NCBI GenBank assembly: GCA_051942205.1
Contig: JAVECO010000100.1
Span: 1-64,000, forward strand
Direction: 5' to 3'
Origin: Coniocarpon cinnabarinum
Lineage: Eukaryota
DNA length: 64,000 nt
The notes under the pieces were generated by a model. It ran no database searches and was not told the DNA's origin. It saw nothing but the letters and a program-made list of their open reading frames with translations. A program made the translations under genes and the position numbers. Shown piece by piece: positions 49,800-62,781 of the stretch. The number at the start of each line of letters is the position of its first letter. The stretch's first letter is position 1.

Positions 49800-51854
49800 C
49801 GAGTGCGCTTCTAGTCGCCACAGCGCTTTGAAAAGGCTATGGATGAGTCCGATGACAGACGTCTGAGTCCAGATACACGCTCTTAATCTTATACGGCGGT
49901 ATCCATCTTTGCCCCGTGTCTAGCGCGATTCACCAAGCTGTGAAGTAACGATCATCGTCCGCGATATTCAACGCCGTTGCGGGGCCACATGACGATACAA
50001 CCAATGGCCACGACTAGCGCATGGAATTGGTCGGATTGAACGGCATGATCTCCACTTGGCTGATGCGCCATCACCCGTCAAAAGCGAGTTGATAGCTGCA
50101 GATACACGCTGGTGGCTAAACCTGGAAAGCGAGAAATGCATGAGCCTTGCAGACGCGCAGTGGGTCGTACTTCATGGCAGTCTGTCAATACTCCATTGCA
50201 CACACGTGCTGTGGGAACAGGATACGCAGATGATGGGCAGAGGCACAAGGGCGGCGGTGGTTGTGCGTGCAGGAGGCGAAGCATGCCCGTGTTCGACGTT
50301 GTCCGCATGTGCCGTCCTCCTGCTCTAGTGTCTGGGATCTGCATGCGCGAGTCCGCCTGAAGACCACCTGCAGTCTGTGCCGCGATCCACGGGCAGAATG
50401 TGGCAGCCTGCACAAGCGGCCGCCTTCTACTCCGCGGACAGGGCGGGGTTGGTTCTTCGCTGGATTCAAGCGTGGTCCATTCGCTGCGACTCAACTGCGG
50501 GCGAGAGCGTTAGCACATGCAGCGGCAAGGCTCGCCATGAATGATTCCCAAGGCACAGAGATGGGGAAGACAGTTGTCGTTCCGTCGATGGGCAGGCATA
50601 CTGTGAGTGCCGCGTCGACAGGCCCTAGGGTACTGCAGTATTAGGTGCATTGATGGCGTTGGCCCTGGCCTCGTACTGTACCACGCTAAGGTTTCGGTGG
50701 GGATCTGGTCCTATAGGTATAGGATGGATCATGTGATAAGTGTGTTGATCTTTATGTTCAACGTAGTCCAGTCGACTGAATTGTCACAATGGCCTACTGC
50801 TTTTTCGTTTCATTCAAGCTTCGTCCAGTGCTGTTAAGCCAGCTACTCTGCTCCCCAGAACCCTTCATTTCTAATATTGCCAAGCCGCATTTAGCCGATG
50901 ACTGTTCCCGCCTAGCTCGCAAATATATTTGCTTCCCGCGTTCTTTTTGCTTACTTCGCTCTTGCTTGAGTTGTGGGAGGACGTCCTCTGGCACCTGCAT
51001 CACCCACATGCAACACCGCCATTGTACCTCTCCGACCGTCCTCCATCTGATCGCTTCGACGTCCGTTGCGAGAGCTGGACGTCGCTTTATCGCTTACTCT
51101 CGGAAAAAAAAAAGGGCCATGGCCAAAATCACAGCCGACATTCAGTCTCCAGAGTTGGCAAGTGATGCATTTGGAAACTCCGTGGCCTTCCGCCGGAGCA
51201 ACAAGCATGCTATAGACGATTGCTGGGGGATACACCCAGTAAGCATGGCTGAAACAACTTCTAGACCCCACGGCTCGGTGGGTAACCCTGGTCATTATCC
51301 CAATACATCAACGACGGGATCATGCGCTTAAACTTTTGTTCGCACGGTGACTAGTCCGGAGAAAATCCACCAGCCAACCCACGCGGCGATAGCGTCTTCG
51401 TCTAACAGATCATAAAGGCGGGAACTACTAGCTCACGTCCTCTTGCATATTCTACTAGCTCTGTTTACAAAAACGTTCCCTACCGGCCGACAGACCATGG
51501 ACATAGCTGCTGCCCCAGCCAAAGGCTCGAGCGAGTGAAGCCGCTTTGTGTGAGATTGAAAGCGGCATGTAGTAGCTGCGTCGCCAAAGGACCTGCAGAG
51601 CTGATCATTCCCTTCATATGATTTCGTAGGGGCCTAGAAACTTGACACACTCTCGTCGACTATGCGTACAGGGCCGCTCTTGTGCTAGGGTCTTGTTGTA
51701 TGCCGCATAGACTCCATCGACGTGAGAGTGGCCTCTTGCACAGACTGGGCTCCGTTCTCCTTTCTTTTATCCGTCTCTCTTTTCCTGTAGCAAAGTTCCA
51801 CCTTGTTTAAGGACCGTCTGCTGTTGAGGAGGGTCTTTGGTGTTAATTTCCAGT

Positions 51855-53266
51855 ATGGCGACGGCAGCAATGACCACACCTCCTTCGACTCCAGCGTCAA
51901 TTGGCGCAATCCCTCTCACGACCCAGTTCATCGGTTCCTCACATTGCAAAGCAAATCACTTGACGATGTTGGGCATTATGGCCGATGAAGTCTGGCTGAA
52001 CGAGCCATTCCCGGCATCAGGGCTGGTCAGTGATGATTCGAAGTCACGGTCGCAGTAGCGAGGTCGCCAGCATTTCCGTGATGCGCTAACTTTAGGCAGA
52101 CGTCGTCCGACTGTTATCCTACGGAAGTGATGGCCAGCCTGGCGCAGTCCACAACGTTGCTGCCTGTTTTCAGTCCCTTGCTGTGCCCTGATTGGTACAC
52201 CATTGTCTCGCATTGGGGTGGAAATTACATTGCTTGCTGTCCCTCGTAAGACTTCTCCTATACGGCCGAAGTGTCCGTCTCCAGTGTTGATTCAAGATAC
52301 AGGTCATACACGTTGCATCTGACCACAGGGCCCACACCTGCGGCCAGGTCTGCGTACAACGCCACCTGCTACTCCAACTTGCCTAGCCTGACCACAGTTA
52401 CCGCGTACGACGGCGTGACCATCACATCAACACAAGGATACAATGACCCAACAGCACAAGCATACGCCCACGCTCTTGACGGGTACGCGCCGGCTACTGT
52501 ACAGGGTCAGCAGATCACAGTGGTGGCTGGTCCTGCGCCGACAGACAGTGCGAGCTCAGGCTCGGTCGCCTCACAAACGCGATTCTCTGAAGATCCGTCT
52601 GACAATGACCCGACGCCCACGCCCGAAAGCTCGTCTACCAGCCTCTCTGGAGCAGCCATAGCAGGCATCGTGGTCGGTGCTTTTGCGTTTTGCTTGCTTG
52701 CGACTCTCCTAGCTTGGATCATCTTCTTGTTACGGCGCAGACGGCGGGACGACGATCACGTGGGCCTGCGTTCTCAACATGAAAAATTGCCGCCTTCAAC
52801 GCTTTCCAGTACCTCGGCGGCAACCCTATCGACTGGCGAGCAATCCCCGGGTTCAACGTTGGCAGCTGCACCAGTCGCTGTTCGACAGACAAGGTCACGA
52901 CCATCGGGGCGACCACGGCGGAATACCGAGGAGCACTCAACTGCAAAGGTCGACGAAGCGATGAATGATACAGCCTCGTCTATTGCCGATCTCGGTCCGG
53001 CGTCTCCAACCAGCATGCGGGGATTCGGTAGTGTGCATACGCCTGACACGATGAGATCACCGCCGCCGAGATTTTCGCACGTAGTATCACAAGATAGGAG
53101 AAATCAACAGCAGCCACTCACACCTGCAGAGATGGAGAGTCGCTTGGTGCAGAGGTACGAACTCCCCGAAGGAAATGCGCCGTGGACGACGGCACGAAGG
53201 AAAGAGACGAGTCAGCCAACGAGGGCCGTGGTTGAGCTTCCCGGTGACAAGCCTTGGCGGAGGTGA
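51855..53266 (+). CDS. Single-pass membrane protein with a Cys-containing, S/T-rich extracellular-type region
   Basis: PLTTQF..C..(intron 52026-52099)..DCYP..FSPLLCPDWY..ACCPS (intron 52246-52302), then LSGAAIAGIVVGAFAFCLLATLLAWIIFLL-RRRRR TM helix and a cytoplasmic tail with ELP motifs. Confidence 0.75.
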
Positions 53267-53527
53267 CCACCGGCGCCACGATGGATGTTGTGTTAGCAAC
53301 CAGATCATACAGAGCGGATGGTCGGGGACCGTCACGGTGAAGTAGCCGCAGGTTTAGTCATGTCTCCGTCCTGTAACGCCAATGAACATCCTCGCATCAC
53401 GTGTTATTGAGCCCATTCGCCAAGCCCATGTCACGTGTATCGCCCCGCGAACACCTGTTCCCAGTCGTGCTCCCAATCCACTGCTCGCCCCTCTGCCATC
53501 TCGTAGATTACCGCGCATTTGACCGTC

Positions 53528-54838
53528 ATGGACACGTCCGCTCTGACAGACCTGCTTGACGAGATCTCTTCGGCGAATCAAAGTCGCGCCAACGAAGTCT
53601 GCACTCAAGCGGCTGAACAGTCCAATTTCTGCAGCGCCAATGCTCAATACTTTGCTGGAGTCGGCGTATTCAGCACCTTGCTTTTCCAGGGCATTTTCAT
53701 CTTCGTCTTCGGCTGCCTCGCAAGCTTGATATGTGCCTGTGTCACCGAACATGCAAGCAACAAGGCCAAGCTGGTGGCTTATCGCCTACGATCCCTCTAC
53801 ATGCCTACCTTCAAGGCTTTATACTTTCTCTGCATCATCACCCTGGGCGCAATACTGATCCGCGTCTTCCAAAAACCATCGTTCTTCGAGTTGGCCATTC
53901 TCCGTGACATTACAGAATATGAAGCGTCTCTTGTCTTGGTCGCTGGCGTTGCATACATGATCCACAGATGCTTGGGGCTTCCTTACTACCAGGACAACGA
54001 GAAAGAGGAAGACAATGATGGGAAGATGTATTTGTGCTCTTCTATTGAATTCTTGATCAGGAGCGTCATCACTCTCAAGATACAAGGGTCACTATCCGGT
54101 GGGAATGTCATGCAAAAGATTCTCGACTCTTGCACCAACCTAGCGCGATTTGCAGACCTGCCGACCACTGTCAAAGCGCCAACACCAAGTTTGAGGACAC
54201 CCCTTGGAGGTGGATGGATGGTTTTCTTTACAGTCTTGGGAATTCTGTTTTTCATTTTTGGACCTCTGATATTGACACTCATTGGCCTTTGGCCGTTTGA
54301 CAGTGGATGTCTGAAGGCACGCGTGACACGAGTAGGCTTTCCACCCCGCCTTCAACCAATTTGGACGACGCTGAGCTTCATGTTTACAGATTTCTGCGGG
54401 TTCTATTCTCGTTATCATGTTAGGACTCGTCAGCAGCTTTGATTTGTTTACGGTCCTCCAAACTCGATCCGCTTTAGTCGGCAAATGCACGTCGACCACA
54501 ATGAAGCAATGGGGCCCCTTGCAGGTCGCCGTTCTCCTCATCTGGCTTCCTCTGATCCTGCGTATCAGTCTCGTTGTTCTTAGCCTAATACCAAGCGTGA
54601 TCCTCGAGCGCGTGACCGACGTTCTCCGTAAGTGTTTCTTGCATCGCTGTGAGAATCAGGCGTTTATCTTCCAGCGCTAACTGAACCAGTCGCGTTTCTA
54701 TATGGGGACGATATTTACAGCATTCGTGATCCTTCTTGCAAGGTGCGCAATGCAGCAAATAGCAGCAATGCTGATGTAGAGAAGGATCCGGCTACGGAGA
54801 GTGTAGAGGATGCACCATTTCTAAAGCGTAAAGCGTAA
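53528..54838 (+). CDS. Multi-pass fungal membrane protein of unknown function
   Basis: Several hydrophobic helices. Introns 54332-54389 and 54628-54689 join the track's separate ORFs in frame. C-terminal QWGPLQVAVLLIWLP motif. Confidence 0.7.
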
Positions 54839-55439
54839 AGCTCCGCAGAATTGAGCAGAGTTCGAGTGTTGTTCGCATCTCCTCGTTCTCGAGGTCTGCA
54901 CAAAGTCAAAAGACATGTTCTGTACGCAGAGAAGGACAGCACGATACTCGAAACCTGGAACGAAGCAAGCGACCGGAATGATACGATGAGGGTCTTGTGG
55001 TAAAGTACCTACTTGCTGGACCGTAAAGCAGCATCTTACGAGGTGCAAGGGGCTTTCGCTATTGTACGACTTTTGTGCGTGACTCTTGCGAGCATATCCA
55101 GCAGTGCTGATAGTTTTGACGCGAATCACTCGTTCGACTCGTCGCACACCTATTGGCGAGTGGATGATACCCGCCCAAGTGCTCCAGGTTGAGCAGATGC
55201 AACCATTGAATACAGGAGTTTGAGACTTGGGATTTGTATGAAGTCGTCCCTCCAATACCCCGGTCGGACCCCTGCCGCCTACCTTGCCAAGAGATCGTAA
55301 AAATGTCATTGACTTCTTTTCGCGGTCGTCGACCTTGCTCTCCAGTCTCTGCTGCGGGCTCCCCATCATACCATCAATCGTTCTGGCTGCATCCATAGGC
55401 CGCAAAGAACGAACACTATTTGATTTGACGTCGCGCGGC

Positions 55440-56849
55440 ATGAGATCGTCGCTTTCACACCTGTCTGCGCTGTCTCAAAGAAGTGGTTTATCCCAGTCAC
55501 GAGCGTATAGCAAACGCAATCTATGCTTGCAATGCTGTAGCCACTTGCGGAGAGCATCTGTCACCCGCTCCAATGCCTATCCATCTAGTAATTCCGAGAA
55601 GAGAAGAAACCAGTCCAGCGTTGCAGCTGCTGTCGCAGCCGCTCACAACTATCTTAATGGCAACCATAGCACCACATCCTTACAACCTACGCGACCTGAA
55701 TTGCCTGGGGGGATCAAGATCGACCCTTTCAAAACGGTGGCCGAAGAGATGAAGCACTTGACGGGCAACATCGAGCAGCTCTTGGGGTCGGGACATCCGA
55801 TGCTCGAAACCGTTGCCAAATATTACACGAAAAGCGAAGGAAAACACATTCGGCCTATGCTGGTTCTTTTGATCTCGCAAGCGACCGCTGCAGTTACTGT
55901 CACACAAAGTCCGCCGCAGAGCTTGAGTCCCAGTGCAATTGATCAACCTCTGACCCCACCACACATCCTTCAAGACCTGAACCCATCTTTTGATACGCCC
56001 ACGGGCGCCAATGATACCGCTTCCTCATATTCGACGCACAAAATCCTCCCTGCGCAAAACCGCCTTGCTGAGATAACTGAGCTCATTCACACTGCCTCTC
56101 TTCTGCACGATGACGTGCTGGACACTTCAAGCACACGCCGGTCCATGCCTTCCGCGAATATGGCTTTCGGCAACAAGATGGCCGTCTTGGCCGGCGATTT
56201 CCTTCTTGGTAGGGCTTCTGTCGCTCTCGCACGTTTACGCAACTCTGAAGTCACAGAACTTCTTGCGACGGTTATAGCAAACTTGATCGAGGGCGAATTC
56301 ATGCAGCTAAGAAACACCAGCCACGATGAGGCCAATCCAACGTTTAGTGACCAAGAGACAATATCCTATTACCTTCGCAAAACATATCTCAAAAGCGCGA
56401 GCCTTATGAGCAAGAGCTGTCGCGCAGCAGCCATACTAGGTGGATGCAGGCGGGACATTGTGGATGCGGCATACTCCTATGGTCGAAATCTGGGCCTAGC
56501 CTTTCAACTCGTGGATGACATGCTCGACTTTACAGCTCCATCATCTTCCACACAATTAGGCAAACCAGCAGGCGCAGATCTCCAGCTTGGTCTGGCCACT
56601 GCACCGCTTCTCTTCGCTTGGAAGTCTAGACCCGAGCTTGGTCCGCTAGTTGGACGCAAATTTGACCTGGAGGGCGACGTAGAGAAAGCGCGAGAGATCG
56701 TAATGACCAGTGATGGGATTGAGCAAACAAGAGCTCTCGCCCAAAGTTTCGCGGATCGTGCGCGAGGCGCGATTGCCACTTGGCCTGATTGCGAAGCCAA
56801 GACGGGTTTGCTCGAGATGTGCGAGCGTGTGATGAAGCGCAAGAAATAA
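55440..56849 (+). CDS. COQ1: Mitochondrial polyprenyl diphosphate synthase
   Basis: Presequence, GKHIRP, ELIHTASLLHDDVLD (FARM), GNKMAVLAGDFLLGRAS and LAFQLVDDMLD (SARM). Confidence 0.96.
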   Translation: MRSSLSHLSALSQRSGLSQSRAYSKRNLCLQCCSHLRRASVTRSNAYPSSNSEKRRNQSSVAAAVAAAHNYLNGNHSTTSLQPTRPELPGGIKIDPFKTVAEEMKHLTGNIEQLLGSGHPMLETVAKYYTKSEGKHIRPMLVLLISQATAAVTVTQSPPQSLSPSAIDQPLTPPHILQDLNPSFDTPTGANDTASSYSTHKILPAQNRLAEITELIHTASLLHDDVLDTSSTRRSMPSANMAFGNKMAVLAGDFLLGRASVALARLRNSEVTELLATVIANLIEGEFMQLRNTSHDEANPTFSDQETISYYLRKTYLKSASLMSKSCRAAAILGGCRRDIVDAAYSYGRNLGLAFQLVDDMLDFTAPSSSTQLGKPAGADLQLGLATAPLLFAWKSRPELGPLVGRKFDLEGDVEKAREIVMTSDGIEQTRALAQSFADRARGAIATWPDCEAKTGLLEMCERVMKRKK

Positions 56850-57351
56850 ACATGGTTATCGACTTACACAGCTCACAAGCAACTACTGGAGGCTTCTCCT
56901 TCCACGTGTTGCTCGTTTATGCGCACCACAACGAGCATCCACATCGATTGATCCTGTTTGCATTTCTGACACTGTGTGTGCGACGGAGATAGTCGCGAGA
57001 TATATGCCAAAAACAGATACAAACTTCCCTCACGCTCACGCCCACACGTGCTATCTGTCATCTTGAAAGAGAACTAATTAGCAAAGGAAACTGTCCCGAA
57101 ACATATAACCTCTGCCATGCTCCAGAAGCGTATGTAAGATAAGCCGCAGCTACAACTAAGTGTTTCCAGCCACGTGTATCTCAATAAGCTTAGTCCGCAT
57201 CGAAGTATTGCTCGGGAAAAGAAGGTGCCTGAGGAGGATTTGTTCTGATAAGCCTGGGTGAGCAACTTCACAGCCTATTCATCTCTCGCAACATTACTCG
57301 TCAGTGGAACAAAGGCTGGTAAGGTTTGACCTTCTGCGGCCAAACGCAAAC

Positions 57352-57717
57352 ATGGCTCTTGATCACTTCAGGCACGGTCATAGTCTCTATTTTGACTTCC
57401 GGCAATGCGTACCTTCAATTCGACATCAGTGGGAAACAATGGTTGAAGAAGGCCTTTCTGATGTCTATGGTGGAGGCGAGCTCCTCTATATCGAGCATCA
57501 TCATTATGTCAGGTTTAAACCACCTTCAAAAGAGTCAGGAAATAAGACCACAGTCACCTATAAGAAGCGACTTGAGCAGGCTGATGAGCTACTGATACGA
57601 TATGATATGGAGAAGCGAATGGTACCAAGCCTAGATCGTGCTGGATGGGAGGTGCCCGTCTATAAACCAAAGCATCCCACAGTTGCTCCGCGGAGAGACG
57701 AGGAGAGTGAAGACTAA
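57352..57717 (+). CDS. Orphan small protein, paralog 1 of a tandem trio (5' end uncertain)
   Basis: MALDHFRHGHSLYFDF..VYGGG..FKPP-x11-Y-x6-A. Aligns with 58768-59163 and 59591-60028. Confidence 0.7.
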   Translation: MALDHFRHGHSLYFDFRQCVPSIRHQWETMVEEGLSDVYGGGELLYIEHHHYVRFKPPSKESGNKTTVTYKKRLEQADELLIRYDMEKRMVPSLDRAGWEVPVYKPKHPTVAPRRDEESED

Positions 57718-58767
57718 GTCGACCCCAGTCAGTAAGATATCAGGCAATACAAGGCTGGACATGCCACGAGAGTATCTGTGGAGCTGTGCTAGCCTAACTG
57801 CAAAAAATACAGGCGCGCGGCGAGCTCACGTTTCTCCCACACATCACAAATGCAGTATTACGTGTGCTACAGTTGTGAGACACTTCTGGGCCGACCGCGC
57901 AGATTCGTCCACATATAACACAATTTCTCAGCAACTGTCTTTCCGTTTTGCGTTTTGCAACAGATGAATATATTCGTGGCACGCTTGCGGTGGAGCGGAC
58001 TTTTGTTGTAAGAAGCAGTTGTGCAAGCACACGCAACAATGATAGACTGAATTATGGACTGCAAAGGCATATTCGGAGCCTCGGCTCGTCACAAGTTGGA
58101 CTGTATAAGTAAATTGCACACGCCTCAATAGCACGACTCAAGAAGTCGGACACGAGGACTTTGCAATATTTACTGTTCTCGGTAGCTTTATAGTTACATT
58201 TGGATCCCAGAACAGCGGCAAGTTGCAGCTTTCGACCGTGGGCGGAAGGGTTACTAACCTGACTTCGATCTTGTCGGAGCTGCTCGTGAACATGATGACA
58301 GGTAAGGATTCTCATCTGCATCCCGTCAGGGAGTCTACAGTGTAACCACGTGGTGTTTCATTGATCACCACCGATTGCTACCAGGACACAAGCCACAGCC
58401 CGTGAGTCAAGTCTGGTCTCGGATGCGTCGCGTGAGGCTTGCTGCTCCAACTGCTATGCAACTTTATTTTGCGCAGATTTATCTGAAGAGCGGGAGTGCC
58501 GAGCATCAAGTTACAGCTACAGAGCAATAGGTCACATCAGTCGGGCCATCTTAATGCCATCCCAACAAGGCACATCGTCACTCGCTCTGCCCGAATGTTC
58601 ATTCGGAGGAGAGGGAAGCAATCATTTAAACCTGCAATCGCTTCCGCGAGCTAAATTGGCAAGCAGCGAGTACGATCATACCCGGGGCAACGTTTGAACG
58701 TCCCTCTCTGCGCGATACACCTATCGCTACCAAACTCTGGCTGGTTAAGCAAGGGACATCTGAGTCT

Positions 58768-59163
58768 ATGAGCGACATTGCCGCCGTGGGTGGGCGTAGT
58801 CGAAGAGGTCTAATCAGCATTGAACTGGACTATCATACCTATGGTCATACTATCCACTTCAATTTGTCAGCCTGTCCTCAGAGCATCGTGGAAAGATGGA
58901 TCGACGTCCTGGCAGAAGACCTTGATCGTATTTACGGCGGCGGATACATGTGTCGAACGAAAAGACTTGCCGGATTCCGACCACCGTTGAAAAATTCTGG
59001 CTGCAAGAAGGAGAAGTCATACAGAGCGCGACGAACAGAGGCTATTGATTACATGCATGGGATGGGTCTGGAGAATCGAAATGCTGAGCACGCTGTCCGT
59101 GGTGAATGGGTGCCAGTGGACCCGAACGCTGAGCCTGAAGGGGAAAAGACGGCAGAGTCTTGA
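58768..59163 (+). CDS. Orphan small protein, paralog 2 of a tandem trio
   Basis: IELDYHTYGHTIHFNL..IYGGG..FRPP-x11-Y-x6-A..WVPV. Confidence 0.7.
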   Translation: MSDIAAVGGRSRRGLISIELDYHTYGHTIHFNLSACPQSIVERWIDVLAEDLDRIYGGGYMCRTKRLAGFRPPLKNSGCKKEKSYRARRTEAIDYMHGMGLENRNAEHAVRGEWVPVDPNAEPEGEKTAES

Positions 59164-59590
59164 CTGTTGGCCCACACGCTCGCAGCGCATCCTTAAATTG
59201 TGGCATTTCATTGTATTCTTCCAGGAGGCTTAATGTCTGATTCAGTCCGAGAGTAGTAGTCCAGCAGCGGGCAGGATCAGCATTGACACCTTGGCATGCC
59301 GCAATGCTGCTGGAACGCAGAGCGAGAGCTAACAGCTTCCCGGATCCAGACCGAACGACAGCGACGGACCTTCGAGGCTTATTGGCACAAGCTCATGCGT
59401 TTCGAAGTCTCGGCTGTCAAAAAGTGTAATTAGATACTCGATGCGGCATTTCAGCTATCGCGTTGAACAGTGTAGAAATGGTCGCAAGGACGGCTTCTAC
59501 AGATCATGCGGAGTCCCAATTTCCTAACATTCATCCTTTCGAACTTGCCTGAACACCTTTCATACTATTACATAGCCACGCTGTCATCGA

Positions 59591-60028
59591 ATGGAGCGAA
59601 AAAAGCGCGAACGTGTCCGGACTGCTATCAGACCCGCAAGATCCGGAGCCGACCTGCTCTCGTGTTTACGACCCTTCTGAAGGAGAACAGATCGGGCCAC
59701 AACCTCTTCCATACAGCTGGCACCGACCGTTGATGCTCGCAACTTCTACTTTGACCTGTCGCACACCGGCAACCAGTCCAAAACGGACTACCATCTCTCC
59801 AACGTCAAAGCCATCTTGCATGATTGCTATGAAGGACTTGGAACATGGACAGGCCCAATCGCAAGCGGCCTGTGTTATTTCGGGCCGCCAGGTTGGGCAG
59901 CATGGCCGGGTAATATTGAAAGCTACAGGGAGGCGGAGGTGCTAGCGTGTCGGCGACTTGACAATTCGGAGTTGGTAAGAGTGGAAGGGCTTTGGTGTCG
60001 TCTGGAGTGGGAAGCTACGCAACACTAG
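59591..60028 (+). pseudogene. Orphan paralog 3 of the trio; frame interrupted by one TGA (pseudogene, or unrecognised 5' intron)
   Basis: ATG 59591, TGA 59678-80, then in the same frame SIQLAPTVDARNFYFDLSH..LHDCYEGLG..FGPP-x11-Y-x6-A to TAG 60028. Confidence 0.5.
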
Positions 60029-60886
60029 CAGGTTCAGGACAGCGGAGCCCAAGCAGGCGCGTAAGAGGACGCTGCTCATAGAGGAACGCAAGTGTGCTTC
60101 TTTTCACGCATGGCTAGAGTGGCATTGAGTAAGGCTTCTGTATTTATACTGGCAAGGACCTATAACGCAACGAAGCGATGGCTTCAGTATCTAGACAGGG
60201 TAAACAATCCGAAAGTAGTCCCGGAGTACTGAAAATTTCGGACAGGAGGGCCAGTGAGAGAGGGTGTGCGTGGATGCCAAAATTCTCGGCGTGGTGGACT
60301 TCAGAGGGATAGTGGGACTCAAGTTCGTGAATGCTCATTGCAACACTGCAATGCTAGTGTTACAGGTCTCTGCCATCCTAGAAGCCTCTCGCGAGCCATC
60401 AGACACTTTGGCTTCTTTTCTGGAGATGGTTTGGGTTTCAAGAGGCCAAAGATCCTCTTAATGTTATGAGATGGTATTGATATACCAGTAATGCGGGGGC
60501 ATCTTCTTCGATTGGTCCCACTTCCGTCAGAACGCACAGTTTTGCAATCACGCCAGTTTATAGATCTTCAATAACTACAGACTGCTGAAAGAGTTATCAG
60601 GTAAGACCGTAATTGCATCTAAGCGAAATCGATGGAAAGACGAAACCCAAGGCATAAACGTTGCTATTACGCACGTACCGCGATTTTAAACAGCCTAGGG
60701 AAATGTATTCCTCGATAATTTGTATGCCACAGGATTTGATTCAAGTTCCTCCAAGCAAAGACGGGTGCTGGTGACATATTTGACGATGCCCAGGGGGGCA
60801 CCTTTACCGCTTACGTAAGATCGTCCTCAGTACTTGTGACTTCCTCTCACCCAACTCTGAAGATTTCGAGAAAGCAGTAAGCGACA

Positions 60887-61759
60887 ATGGTGCGACTCAC
60901 TCAGACATCGCGCATCACTGCTGCTCTCGAGATCTGCGTCGCACGTGAAAACGAACTAGATCACCTTGAACTGGAGCGAAGCGATCGCAATGTCCAAGAG
61001 TCACATGACCGTTCTCTCCCCTTGCCAACGCCGCAACTGGGCGGCCCTATAACTCACGACGCACTGATCTGTCTCTCCAAATTTCTCTGCGCGCATGCTT
61101 CGAGCGATGCTGACCGTACTAAATGGCGACTCGAGAGCTTTCTCAAAGGTTCTGCGGTCTATATCCCGGCCCCCTCCTCCAAGACCCCCCAATCCTCCGA
61201 GTACCAAGAACTCATGGCTCGTCTCCGCCACGAAGAAGACTCGCGGCGGTATGCGCGCATGACCGTCCCACCTTTTGCTTCATCGAACCCTTTCACAATA
61301 TCCAAAGCAAGTCAACGCACGGACCTTCTCTCATCATCCTACGCTGAGCCGGACGATCAGGTCATGAGAGACGTCAATCGACAAGTCACGCTCATCATAA
61401 ACATTCTCGTGTCCATTGTTGCATGCGCTATCGCTGTATGGCTCGTGTCATCCTCTTGGGCGGCACCGGCACGATTGGCATTGAGCATGGTCGCCGCGGT
61501 AGTCGTGGGTGTCGCGGAGGTGGTGGTTTATTGGGCGTATTTGCGGAAGGTGAGCGAGGCAAGGGGAAAGGAGAGGCAGACAGAGGAGAAGAGGACGGTG
61601 CAAAGGAGTTGGGTGTTGGAGGGGAAGATGAAACGAATAGAGAAGGATAGTATTGACCCAGGAAATGGGCCTGCCATTCCAAGGTCGAATAGTATGGAGG
61701 AGGAGAAAGATGATGGTCTCAAAAAGAGGATATTAGGGCGGCGAGACGGATATCAATAA
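60887..61759 (+). CDS. VMA12: ER V-ATPase assembly factor Vma12/Vph2 (TMEM199)
   Basis: MVRLT N-terminus, LESFLKGSAVYIP, EYQELMARLRHEEDSRRYARM, VNRQVTLIINILVSIVAC plus two TM helices ending VAEVVVY. Confidence 0.9.
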   Translation: MVRLTQTSRITAALEICVARENELDHLELERSDRNVQESHDRSLPLPTPQLGGPITHDALICLSKFLCAHASSDADRTKWRLESFLKGSAVYIPAPSSKTPQSSEYQELMARLRHEEDSRRYARMTVPPFASSNPFTISKASQRTDLLSSSYAEPDDQVMRDVNRQVTLIINILVSIVACAIAVWLVSSSWAAPARLALSMVAAVVVGVAEVVVYWAYLRKVSEARGKERQTEEKRTVQRSWVLEGKMKRIEKDSIDPGNGPAIPRSNSMEEEKDDGLKKRILGRRDGYQ

Positions 61760-62781
61760 ATTTGACAGGCGTTTCAAAGCTCTCGAATTTGCGAACAGCA
61801 AGCTTCTCTATGTCCTCCAGCAGAATCAGTTGAGTCTCTGTTTGGATGCCAAGCTCTATCAACATGGAACTGGTCTTGACGCGAGTCCGATTGGACCTAG
61901 GCTCGTTCGTCTCCCGGTCTCGGTTTGACAATGTTCTGTCCTCATCAATTCCACTTGACCGCCTTCAAACCCATTATCGTATTGTAGATTCCTATCTACG
62001 GTCAGTAGGTGATCACCTTAACCATCGTCTGGAAACACTTAGCGACGTGCATGAACTGTAGTGTGCTTGAACTCATCTTTAGTTGCTGTCGGCGTTTGTT
62101 TTTATTGGCGATGGCGTCCGCTGTGCCGCCATCGTTTTCAGCTGCTACAAGGGCAACACCGACAGTCATTTTCATCTGCCATAAAGCAATTCTCAGAAAC
62201 GCACGTAGGGCGTATATGACTTGTGGTGCGGGTGGATTTGTCAGAGTGCAACAGCTTAGCACGAAGTTGCATTTCCCCCACGCTGGACGGAGCTTCCATC
62301 TAGCAAGTCAAGGTTTGAAATTTCAACGAATAATGCGAGCTTATGACGCAGAGACATCGCTTCATAGAGAAGCAAACCATGCGGGAGGCTGACCTCAGGG
62401 TCAGCGTCCCTGCGCAACTCACACATAGCACATCAGGTCATGCATATCCAGTGGCACTTTCAGTATTCTGCAGGTGAGGTGGACTGAAGTGAATTTTTCA
62501 TCAAAAGATTGATGTGCGTCTGAATGGCAACCCATGGGTTCTTCCCGTGTTACCTGCACGCAGCTTCTAACATTTCTCTGCAACAGGTCCCAACGTTCTG
62601 CACTTGCTCAAGCGCCAAAAATAAACCTACAAACCATGATTAAGCGGAAGAAAGCGGGAAAGCGTTCACTGCGAGGAGTTCTAGACATCCGTCAATCCAC
62701 AAGCCCCAAGATTGGGCGTTTATCTTTCTCGCAAATATGCGAGGGTAGCAGCATGGTAGCTTAGCTTTATAAAACTTCTGA

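Noticed and set aside
54821..55441. 206-aa minus ORF head-to-head with COQ1, and the TTG extension of COQ1 from 55284
   Set aside because: No recognisable domain. COQ1's ATG at 55440 gives a proper presequence.
59678..59680. Selenocysteine or programmed readthrough at the in-frame TGA
   Set aside because: Dikarya lack the Sec machinery, and the context TGA-AGG is not a leaky TGA-CTA.
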